Of a stretch of DNA of 64,000 bases, positions 10,258-17,918 are shown piece by piece. Location: positions 136,190-200,189 of the forward strand of contig CAMYNM010000001.1 in assembly GCA_947259725.1 (NCBI GenBank), given 5' to 3'. The notes under the pieces were generated by a model. The model was not told where the DNA came from, did not search any database, and saw only the letters and a program-made list of their open reading frames with translations. The translations under genes were made by a program, and so were the position numbers. Source of the stretch: Thermoanaerobaculia bacterium (lineage in GTDB: Bacteria; Acidobacteriota; Thermoanaerobaculia; Multivoradales; JAHEKO01). The stretch's first letter is position 1; every line of letters starts with the position of its first letter.

Positions 10258-10545
10258 CTACGAAGGAACCCAGATCTTTCTGGCCACCACGAGCTCCACC
10301 TGCGTGGGCAGCTCGAGAGGCTCGCCGCTCTTGGTGTGAAAGGCCAGTCCCTTGTGGCTCATCAGGTACTTGTAACCACCCCAGAAGGCCTCGGCCATGA
10401 CCACCATTGGCTGCTCACTGCGCCCGACGAGCTTGAGAAAATCGCCCGGTTCCACTCGAACGATCGCTCCCGATGCCTTGACTGCCTGCGCTATCGTGGC
10501 CGCCGCCGCCGCGGCCGCGGCAGCTCCGGCTGCGGCACTACTCAC
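10258..10545 (-). CDS. small hypothetical protein with N-terminal poly-Ala tract (95 aa)
   Basis: GTG 10545 is preceded by GAGAGGAGG (7-nt spacer). Sits 104 nt upstream of the kinase on the same strand. Function not recognised; only weak resemblance to SpoVS/Alba-like proteins (AQAVKA). Confidence 0.5.
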   Translation of the reverse strand: MSSAAAGAAAAAAAAATIAQAVKASGAIVRVEPGDFLKLVGRSEQPMVVMAEAFWGGYKYLMSHKGLAFHTKSGEPLELPTQVELVVARKIWVPS

Positions 10546-10736
10546 GGGAAACCTCCTCTCGATCAACACACTACCGGCACGGCTCGCGCGGCTCCAACAC
10601 CCGCAGGGGTGGAACTTCCCGCAGACAAGCACTCATCGCACCTTCGCTGGCGCACCTTTACCAGGCGGCACTGCTTCAGGACCTGGTACTGTGGGTGTGT
10701 AAACTCTGTTGCAGCGTCTCGGTTTCGCTGAAGCCT

Positions 10737-10761
10737 CGAGAGGGCAGAAACCGCTCTCTCG
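10737..10761 (+). promoter_or_regulatory. 8-bp stem-loop (CGAGAGGG/CCGCTCTCTCG) in the 5' leader, 15 nt upstream of the patatin-like gene start
   Basis: Inverted repeat 10737-10744 / 10754-10761 with a 9-nt loop and one G-U pair; read directly. Confidence 0.3.
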
Positions 10762-10775
10762 CGGAAAAGAGATCC

Positions 10776-13769
10776 ATGACAGAACAGGAAGGCATTCGCC
10801 GCGCCGCCGAGGAACTGGTCGAGCTTCTCGGGCCGGCACAGGAGGAGATGCTCCACCGCCGGAAGATCTTCATCCAGCGGGCTCGGGCGACGGCACACGA
10901 GGCGCTCTTCTATCTCGGCATGCTCTACCCCACCGGTCGAGACGACAAGGACCGAGCGGTGGTCGGGTACTGCGGCTTCGCGCTGAGGCAGGTAGCGAGC
11001 CTGTGGGGACGGGTCAAGCTCGCCGAGGGAAGCCTCGAGGCCACACTTCCTCTCCTGACCGCCGAGGCCGAGGGTGAGCCTACGCCTGCGGCGCGCCAGA
11101 TCGAAAAGCTCGAGCCCGCGATCGAGGACTGGAAGGCGATCGGCGGCAAGCTCCACGAGCTTTTCCTCCCGGATCTCGAAGTGGAAGACGGAAGCGTTAC
11201 CGAGGTCGAGGGCCCTACCCTCGACGACGCGCGTGAGATACGAAAGCGCTTCGAGAGTTTTCTCGATCGATCTCTGCCCGAATCGTTCTGGGAGCGCATC
11301 ATCACCTATCGCTTTTTCGACGGGCTCCGTCTGGCCCGCAAACGCATGACCTTCCTGATAGCGACGGCTCTCGTCGGCTTGGTGGTCTGGAACGTCGAAG
11401 TCGTCAACAGCCTCCTGGTCGATCACCGGTTCGGCACGCTCCTGGTCGTGCTGTATCTCGGGGCGCCCAGCCTGTACTGGCTGGTCGGGATCTGGCGGCG
11501 GCGCAAGCGCGAGGCCATCCCCCACTGGGACGTGGGCGGCAGGCCCTTCAGGAGCCTGCGCCACCCCGCGCTCGAGCCGGACGAGCTCATGCGGCGCTGG
11601 CCCGAGCGGCTCAGCCAGACTCGAATCGCGGTTCCGGTCGCGACCGCGGAGGAGTTCGTCCAGGACGATCCAGGCTTCTGGAAACGGCTCTTGAACGACC
11701 TGCGCCCGCCCGAATCCGACGGTATGGTGCGGCTGACCCACAGCGGCGTTAACCACCGCCTCAAGTGGACTCTCATCGTCTGGGCCGTCGGTATCGCGGT
11801 CGTCTTCGCCTGGCCCCGAGCAACCTCGATGACCACGGTCTACTCGATCACCGCTCTCCTCATGGCCGTCGTCTGGGTGGCGCGAGCCCTCGACTTCTGG
11901 GAGTTCCTGGAGCCGCTACCGATCCGGCTCATCCTGCTCGGGTTCGCCCTGCTCGCTGGAGTCGGCCTGTGGTTCGGCCTCGAGCAGTACTTCGCGATTC
12001 TCTATCTCGCCGGCGCCTTCCTGTACTGGCGTTGGTACCGGCGAAACCCGCGGCGCACGACCCGCAAGCGCGTGGCCTGGGCGCTGGTGGCCTGCGCGGC
12101 ACTCAACGTCTCGGGACTCATTACCCAGCAACGGGCCCACTGGGAGGCGGCAGGATACCGTCCCCCGCTGTTCGAACGCGCGCTCGTCTGGCTCGAAGAC
12201 GAAGAGCCCTCCAAGGCGCTCGAGCGGACCGACGATTGGCCACTGGGTGATGACGAGGGCGAGCCGGTGGTGGTGATCGCCGCCTCCGGCGGCGGCTCGC
12301 GTGCCGCCTACTACACCGGGCTGACTCTCGAGCGCCTGCACGAGACCAAGGAGCTCAGGCCGATCGCCAAGAACATTCAGGCCATCAGCAGCGTCTCCGG
12401 AGGCAGCCTCGCCAACGCCGCCTATGTGGTGCGCCGCTATCGCGCGGCACGAAGCGGCGGCAGCGCCGTGACCAGCACCGACGACCTGACCGAGGCGCTG
12501 CGGCAGGACTTCATCCGCTACACCCTGTGGGGTCTGCTGGCGCCCGGCCTGAATCGCGGTGACGGCATCGAGCAAGCGTGGCAAGGGTTCGAGCCACGGG
12601 TTCCCAAGGACTATCTCCATTTCCATCGCTATCCGTGCGGAACGACTCCGGATCTGCCGATGCGGGACGACAACGTCGGTCTCGGCAACCTCTGCCTCGG
12701 GGATCTCGCCGACGTCTGGCGCGCTCACCCAAAAAACGAACCGCCCCCCTTCCCCATGCCGTTGTTCAACACCACGTCTCTCGACGGCCACAACATCGTG
12801 GTGAGCCCGCTCGCCAAAGAGCTCTACACCAACCCGAGGCTCCATCGCCTCGCGGACGATCGTCCCGTTCTCCGGCGCCAAACCTGGGTGTTCGACCGTG
12901 ACGGCATCTATGGCCTCGAAGACGTTTTGCCCGACGATTACAACACTCACATCTCAGCCGCAGTGCGAGCATCGGCGAACTTCCCGTTCGGATTCCCCCT
13001 GGTGCGGGTGAGGAGCCACGAGAAGCTCTTCTTCAGCCCGCGCGCAAAGCCCCGGGACCCTCGAGTCCCAAAGCAGATCGACGTCACCGATGGAGGCGCC
13101 CTGAGCAATTCGGGCATGTTCTCGCTCTACAACCTGCTCATCAACCGGAGTGCTGCGCTCCGGGAACGCGGCGTGCTGCTGATCATCGTCGACGCGAGCA
13201 AAATGCCCAGTTACCCCGATTTCAAGAGGAAGAAGATGACCAATCTGGCCGGCGCGATCAGTGATCAGAGCCCGATCGGCCAGCAGCTCCACCGCCGAAT
13301 GTACGACCTCCTCCAGGCCGTCTACGGCGACATGATCGCCGTCTCCAAGATCGACCTGACGCCCGAGGAGCCGAAGAACGTCCTCACGACCTGGGCACTG
13401 AGCAGCAAGTCGGTCAAGCTCCTGCGAAACGTGTTCAAGGAAAGATGGGCCGAAGAAGGCGCGACCCTGGCGCCCAAGTGGAGGCACCTCGTCGCCGCCA
13501 ACCGCGATCGGCGAAAGGCCCGCACCGAGCTTGCAGCACTTCGTGAGCTTCCGCCGGCCGAGCGGGCCGGCCGGCTCGAGTCGCTTCTCTCCCGCGCTCT
13601 CGGTCCAGAGGCCTCCCGGACGCTCTCGCCGGTCGAACGGCGCATGCTCCAGGTTCTTCGCGACCGGTATCTGGCGCCGAGCAACGAGACCATCGACTCG
13701 CTGACGATCACTGACGAGCAGAACCGCGCCTTGGCCCTCGTCAGCCACGACCGGCCGCCGCTCGATTAG
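10776..13769 (+). CDS. large polytopic membrane protein with C-terminal patatin-like phospholipase domain
   Basis: ATG 10776. N-terminal ~200-aa soluble region, then about 6-8 hydrophobic helices. Patatin motifs: VVVIAASGGGSRAAYY (GGGxR oxyanion), ISSVSGGSLANAAY (GxSxG-like nucleophile) and IDVTDGGALSNSG (DGG catalytic Asp). TAG at 13767-13769. Confidence 0.8.
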   Translation: MTEQEGIRRAAEELVELLGPAQEEMLHRRKIFIQRARATAHEALFYLGMLYPTGRDDKDRAVVGYCGFALRQVASLWGRVKLAEGSLEATLPLLTAEAEGEPTPAARQIEKLEPAIEDWKAIGGKLHELFLPDLEVEDGSVTEVEGPTLDDAREIRKRFESFLDRSLPESFWERIITYRFFDGLRLARKRMTFLIATALVGLVVWNVEVVNSLLVDHRFGTLLVVLYLGAPSLYWLVGIWRRRKREAIPHWDVGGRPFRSLRHPALEPDELMRRWPERLSQTRIAVPVATAEEFVQDDPGFWKRLLNDLRPPESDGMVRLTHSGVNHRLKWTLIVWAVGIAVVFAWPRATSMTTVYSITALLMAVVWVARALDFWEFLEPLPIRLILLGFALLAGVGLWFGLEQYFAILYLAGAFLYWRWYRRNPRRTTRKRVAWALVACAALNVSGLITQQRAHWEAAGYRPPLFERALVWLEDEEPSKALERTDDWPLGDDEGEPVVVIAASGGGSRAAYYTGLTLERLHETKELRPIAKNIQAISSVSGGSLANAAYVVRRYRAARSGGSAVTSTDDLTEALRQDFIRYTLWGLLAPGLNRGDGIEQAWQGFEPRVPKDYLHFHRYPCGTTPDLPMRDDNVGLGNLCLGDLADVWRAHPKNEPPPFPMPLFNTTSLDGHNIVVSPLAKELYTNPRLHRLADDRPVLRRQTWVFDRDGIYGLEDVLPDDYNTHISAAVRASANFPFGFPLVRVRSHEKLFFSPRAKPRDPRVPKQIDVTDGGALSNSGMFSLYNLLINRSAALRERGVLLIIVDASKMPSYPDFKRKKMTNLAGAISDQSPIGQQLHRRMYDLLQAVYGDMIAVSKIDLTPEEPKNVLTTWALSSKSVKLLRNVFKERWAEEGATLAPKWRHLVAANRDRRKARTELAALRELPPAERAGRLESLLSRALGPEASRTLSPVERRMLQVLRDRYLAPSNETIDSLTITDEQNRALALVSHDRPPLD

Positions 13770-13959
13770 CGCTAGGATTGCCCACCGCGCGCGGCGCGCA
13801 TATTGCTCATCGCACCGCGAGATCCTCGGTCGCTCTTCAAACCACCAGGCGGCCGCTTCGTCGCACGATCCGGCTACTTCGCATCAGTTCGCTTGACCTC
13901 GGCCCCGGTCACTCCCATTCTGGATCCCGGCTCGAGGACGAGTCGTCGAACGAAATCCT

Positions 13960-13968
13960 AGGAGGAGG
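13960..13968 (+). promoter_or_regulatory. Shine-Dalgarno AGGAGGAGG, 5 nt upstream of ATG 13974
   Basis: cctAGGAGGAGGttccgATG read directly. Confidence 0.55.
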
Positions 13969-13973
13969 TTCCG

Positions 13974-14171
13974 ATGAGCATCGCGACACGCCGGTCGTTT
14001 CCACTGGCCGCCGCCAGCGTGGTGGGTGGGCTGGCACTCACTCTCCTCGGCGCGATCGACGCGCGCAGGATTTTCCACCTTGGCTACAACCGAGTTCGTT
14101 TCCTCGGAGCTCGACGAGTACGAAATGATCGCAAAAGAACAGCTCGAGCTGCCGTCGGGCACAGGTTGTGA
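13974..14171 (+). CDS. short ORF encoding a twin-arginine (Tat)-type signal peptide; probably the frameshifted N-terminus of a longer secreted protein
   Basis: MSIATRRSFPLAAASVVGGLALTLLGAIDA has the S/T-R-R-x-F-x-L Tat motif plus an h-region. After residue ~30 this frame becomes Arg-rich with low GC3. The +1 frame (14026 ORF frame, shared with the MBL gene) carries the coding signal from ~14050. Confidence 0.35.
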   Translation: MSIATRRSFPLAAASVVGGLALTLLGAIDARRIFHLGYNRVRFLGARRVRNDRKRTARAAVGHRL

Positions 14172-14386
14172 CGGTTGGGTCATCGAAAAAAGAAGCTGGG
14201 CAAACGACTACCAGTCGAAGGAACGGATCTGGGTGTCCGCAAGGCGCCGTTCGTCTTCCGACGGCATCGAGACATCGGGGGGAACTTCTCACCCGGTGCG
14301 CTACAATGGTTCGGTTGAGCGACACACCCTCGCCCCGCCGGCTTGCCGGCCGGCGCGGGCTGGGCCAGCCGTTCCCGAAACAACTC

Positions 14387-14394
14387 AAAGGAGG
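14387..14394 (+). promoter_or_regulatory. Shine-Dalgarno AAAGGAGG, 6 nt upstream of ATG 14401
   Basis: caactcAAAGGAGGcgaacgATG read directly. Confidence 0.5.
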
Positions 14395-14400
14395 CGAACG

Positions 14401-15723
14401 ATGGGAACCGCCTACATCACCGACCGCACCACCACCTTCTACAAGAACGCCGCCGGATCGAGCCGTCACGGCTACCTCATCTTCGGCGACGAGGTCGAGA
14501 CTACCGGCAACACGACCAACAACCGCCGCCCGATCCGCTTTCGCAGTTACGACGGGTTCGTCGCGTCGAGTGATATCGGCCACGAGGCGCCGCTCGAGTT
14601 CTACAGCGTGGACGTCGGTCAGGGTGACGCCACCTTCATCGTCACTCCGGGTCGCAAGAAGATCCTGATCGACGGCGGTTTGAACCACCGTGCCCTCGGG
14701 TTTCTCGTCTGGAGATACCGGCTCGACCAGCCCGCAAACTCGGTCGATATCGACCTCATGGTCCTGACTCACGCCGACGGCGACCACTTGAAAGGCCTGA
14801 TACCGATTCTCGAGCATCCGCGGATCCACGTCGCCCGGATCGTCCACAACGGCATAGCGCTCTTCGACGGCGGCCGCGACACCCCCCTTGGCGACCTGGA
14901 CCCGAGCGAGGAGTTCTTGACCACGCGGCACAGCAGCCTGGCCGAGCTCAGTGCGCTCAACCAACTGACCACGGACATGACCAACTGGCGTGACGCCGTG
15001 GCCCAGGAAGGCGCGCTGTACGAGGCCGTCGATACCGCGACAGCTGCGCTCGACGTCGGCGATCCGGCTATTGCAATCGACGTCCTCGGGCCCCACCGCG
15101 AAACCGACGGCACGTACAAATGGCTCGGCAACTTGAGCAAACACAGCCACACCATTAACGGGCACTCGGTGGTCCTGCGCTTGACCCACGACAACTTCTC
15201 GATTCTTCTGTCGGGAGACCTCAACCCCGAGGGCAGCGAGCATCTCCTGGCGGTACCGGACCTGGTGGCCAAGATGGACGCCCACGTTTTCAAGACACCT
15301 CACCACGGCTCTCACTTCTTCGACCTGGACCTTCTCGAAGCGATTCGGCCGCAGGTCTCGACCATCTCCTCAGGCGACGTGCCTGACTACGGCCACCCCC
15401 GAGCCGTCTTTCTGGGAGCCCTGGGCTTGGCCTCGCGTTCGACTGCGCCGCTCATCTTCTCGACCGAGGTCGCCGCAACATTCGTCGGCGACGGCGAGAC
15501 CGCCGATCCCGATGACGGCACGGAGATCGACGGCCTGGACTTCACCACCATCGTCGGCAACAAAACCGCCCGCAAGCGCTTCAAGCTCATGCTGCCCGGG
15601 ATCATCAACATCCGCACGGACGGCGAAGACCTCTACGCTCACCGCAGGGTCAACGCCTCCTACCAATGGGAATCCTACGGCCCGGTCGCCCCCGCCCCCC
15701 GGCCAACGGTGTTCGGGCCCTAG
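14401..15723 (+). CDS. metallo-beta-lactamase-fold hydrolase, ComEC/Rec2-like subfamily
   Basis: FYSVDVGQGDATFIV (ComEC-type motif), LMVLTHADGDHLKGL (variant of HxHxDH) and a downstream TPHHGSH. Strong RBS. The frame stays open upstream to 14026, so an N-terminal extension or Tat-signal fusion is possible. Confidence 0.8.
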   Translation: MGTAYITDRTTTFYKNAAGSSRHGYLIFGDEVETTGNTTNNRRPIRFRSYDGFVASSDIGHEAPLEFYSVDVGQGDATFIVTPGRKKILIDGGLNHRALGFLVWRYRLDQPANSVDIDLMVLTHADGDHLKGLIPILEHPRIHVARIVHNGIALFDGGRDTPLGDLDPSEEFLTTRHSSLAELSALNQLTTDMTNWRDAVAQEGALYEAVDTATAALDVGDPAIAIDVLGPHRETDGTYKWLGNLSKHSHTINGHSVVLRLTHDNFSILLSGDLNPEGSEHLLAVPDLVAKMDAHVFKTPHHGSHFFDLDLLEAIRPQVSTISSGDVPDYGHPRAVFLGALGLASRSTAPLIFSTEVAATFVGDGETADPDDGTEIDGLDFTTIVGNKTARKRFKLMLPGIINIRTDGEDLYAHRRVNASYQWESYGPVAPAPRPTVFGP

Positions 15724-15751
15724 TTGAGCGGCGAGAGGCGCGCGGCCCCCT

Positions 15752-17851
15752 CTACACCCTTTTCAAAAGCCAAACCACCGCGAACACCCACAGAACCAGA
15801 ACCGCCGGCCCCCAGGCTTCTACGGGTGGAATGGTCGCGGCGGCGACGCCGGGAAAGAGCCGCCCCGCAACCCATACCACCGCGCCGCTCCCGATCGCGA
15901 GCGCGACCGGAAACGCCGCAAAGCTTCTGAGCTGCCAGAGCTTTCGCTTGTAGGCCCGCTGGCGCCAGGCGAGAACGAGATACGCTGCCAGAATCACCGC
16001 CCCTACCCCACCCAGCACCCACGGGTTCGTCACCACCGCCGCCCCAAGCCTTACGGCCTTCGGCCACACCCACAAGATCCCGGCCGGCGCCAGAACCAGA
16101 AGCAGTAGAACGATAGTCACCCACAGCAGCACGTTGCCCCATCCCAGAAACGCCGCGAGCCCCGCGTGCCTCTCCTTCCACTGCTCCTTGGGCACCTCGG
16201 GCGCCCCATCGATCCTGTCCAAAACGAAGTCCGCGATCCCGTCCCAGAGCGGCTCCTCCTTGCCCGCACCGTGCCCACCCTTGACGTAGCGAACCGTGTG
16301 GACGTCCGGGTGCTCCACCTGGGTAAAGCCGGCGTGCCCCGCCCCACCCAGGTCCTGGAGGTTGTAGAGCCCCAGAAAGCGCGGAAACGACGCCACCACC
16401 CAGTCGCCCGTCGCCGTCATGTTCAAGACCTTCTTGACCTGCCTTTTCGGCTCTCCCTGCTCTCCACCACGGTTCGCGCTCCCCACCACAGCAGGCTCGC
16501 CGGTATCCTTCTTCGTCCCGATGAGCTTCGCCCAGTCGTACTCCTCCCGCACGATGCTCCCGGCAAAGACCACGTTGTCGAACCGGCAAAGCTCGTAGGT
16601 CTCGAGCGCCTTGGCGACAACGTAGGTGCCGTGGCTGTGGCCGATGTAGCTGAAGCGGGCGTTCGGATAGAGCGAGCGCATCTTCAAGTAGCGCTCCATG
16701 AGCCATCCCACCTTCTTCCATCGCGCCCCGGGCAGAAGAAACGGCCCCATGCCGAAGTAGCCGTAGCTGTCGACCATTTTCTCGATCCGTTCAGGCCTTT
16801 CGCGCACCTTGTTGCGCTCCCAGATCCGCCGAGCGACCTTGTCAGTCCAGTGCCCGTCGTCGCGAATGCCGTGGACGACGAAGATCACGTGCTCAACGGC
16901 TTCTCTGCGGGCAAGCTCGTCAGCGTCGGGCACCTCGAGCTCCCACGGGCGGACCTCCTCCTCTTCGATCGCCTCGACCGATCCGAGAAGAGCGAGCACG
17001 AAACGTCCCCGCCGATGTTCCCGCGCCTCGGCGTCCGACTCGGCCTTGGCCCTCTCCTCTTCCGACAGGCCCTCGCCGACCCCGCGCCGCTCCATGAAGA
17101 GAATCTCGAGGTGGCTCGTCCTCGCGACATCGAGATAGCGAAACCGGCTTCCGGTCACGAGATCCAGGCTGTCTTCAGGCCCCACGATGTCGTCGATCGA
17201 GCCCAAAAGCTGGACCACGAGCGGAAGCCGTGCCGCCTCACCTCGGTCGGCCTTCTGTTGCTCCTCGAGCCACTCGAGCCGCATGCGAGTCAGAAACGCC
17301 GAGCCCCGCAGCACCGTGTACATGATGGCCTCGAAGCCGAGGAGCCTGAGCGTGCCCGCCAGTAGGAGCGCGACGACCGTCTTGAGAACGGTCAGGACCT
17401 TCATGTGATGGTTGATGCCGACGCCACCGTTGATCGCCGCCAGCATCACGAAGCGTCTGCACACCCCCGCGGCTGCCCACTCGGCCTGCTCCCGGCGACC
17501 TCGCAGGAGCATCGCCCGCCCGTAGACCCCGCCCATGCTGTGGCCGACGATCCGGAGCGCCCGGTACCGGCCCGCCGCCCAGATAGCGCTCAGGTCGTGA
17601 CACAGGTCCTCGACCACCCGCTTTCCGTCCGCCGGCAGAAACGGCAACTGAAAGGGCATCTTCGGCACCCACACCTCGGCCTCGGGCAGGTGCTCCTTCA
17701 CGGCCGCCACGACCTCGTCGATCCTCTGGTACCCGTTCAGGATACCGTGCAGCACCACCACCAGCTCGGGCATTGTCGTCGGCGGAAGCTTGCCGTTTTC
17801 GAGCGCGATCGTCGAAACGCCCGGTTTGGTCACCAGCCTCAGGTCGCTCAT
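15752..17851 (-). CDS. tandem alpha/beta-hydrolase (DUF676/PGAP1-like putative lipase) protein with C-terminal 4-TM anchor
   Basis: Two hydrolase modules, each with a VVLHGI…GHSMGG or FVVHGIRDDG…IGHSHGT nucleophile-elbow pattern. The C-terminal ~120 aa form 4 hydrophobic helices. ATG is preceded by AGGGAGGGG. Confidence 0.75.
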   Translation of the reverse strand: MSDLRLVTKPGVSTIALENGKLPPTTMPELVVVLHGILNGYQRIDEVVAAVKEHLPEAEVWVPKMPFQLPFLPADGKRVVEDLCHDLSAIWAAGRYRALRIVGHSMGGVYGRAMLLRGRREQAEWAAAGVCRRFVMLAAINGGVGINHHMKVLTVLKTVVALLLAGTLRLLGFEAIMYTVLRGSAFLTRMRLEWLEEQQKADRGEAARLPLVVQLLGSIDDIVGPEDSLDLVTGSRFRYLDVARTSHLEILFMERRGVGEGLSEEERAKAESDAEAREHRRGRFVLALLGSVEAIEEEEVRPWELEVPDADELARREAVEHVIFVVHGIRDDGHWTDKVARRIWERNKVRERPERIEKMVDSYGYFGMGPFLLPGARWKKVGWLMERYLKMRSLYPNARFSYIGHSHGTYVVAKALETYELCRFDNVVFAGSIVREEYDWAKLIGTKKDTGEPAVVGSANRGGEQGEPKRQVKKVLNMTATGDWVVASFPRFLGLYNLQDLGGAGHAGFTQVEHPDVHTVRYVKGGHGAGKEEPLWDGIADFVLDRIDGAPEVPKEQWKERHAGLAAFLGWGNVLLWVTIVLLLLVLAPAGILWVWPKAVRLGAAVVTNPWVLGGVGAVILAAYLVLAWRQRAYKRKLWQLRSFAAFPVALAIGSGAVVWVAGRLFPGVAAATIPPVEAWGPAVLVLWVFAVVWLLKRV

Positions 17852-17918
17852 GGGGTTCCCCTCCCTGATTGTCGGTTGCTGACCTGAAGTCTACAGGAGG
17901 GGTCCAGCGGAGCCCGGG

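Noticed and set aside
10500-10540. (GCN)n tandem repeat
   Set aside because: It is the coding sequence of the poly-Ala tract of the small protein on the minus strand, not an independent repeat element.
10695-10775. GTG 10695 as start of the patatin-like gene (track ORF)
   Set aside because: The extension (MCKLCCSVSVSLKPREG…) is Cys/Ser-rich nonsense and spans the leader hairpin; ATG 10776 is preferred, though not certain.
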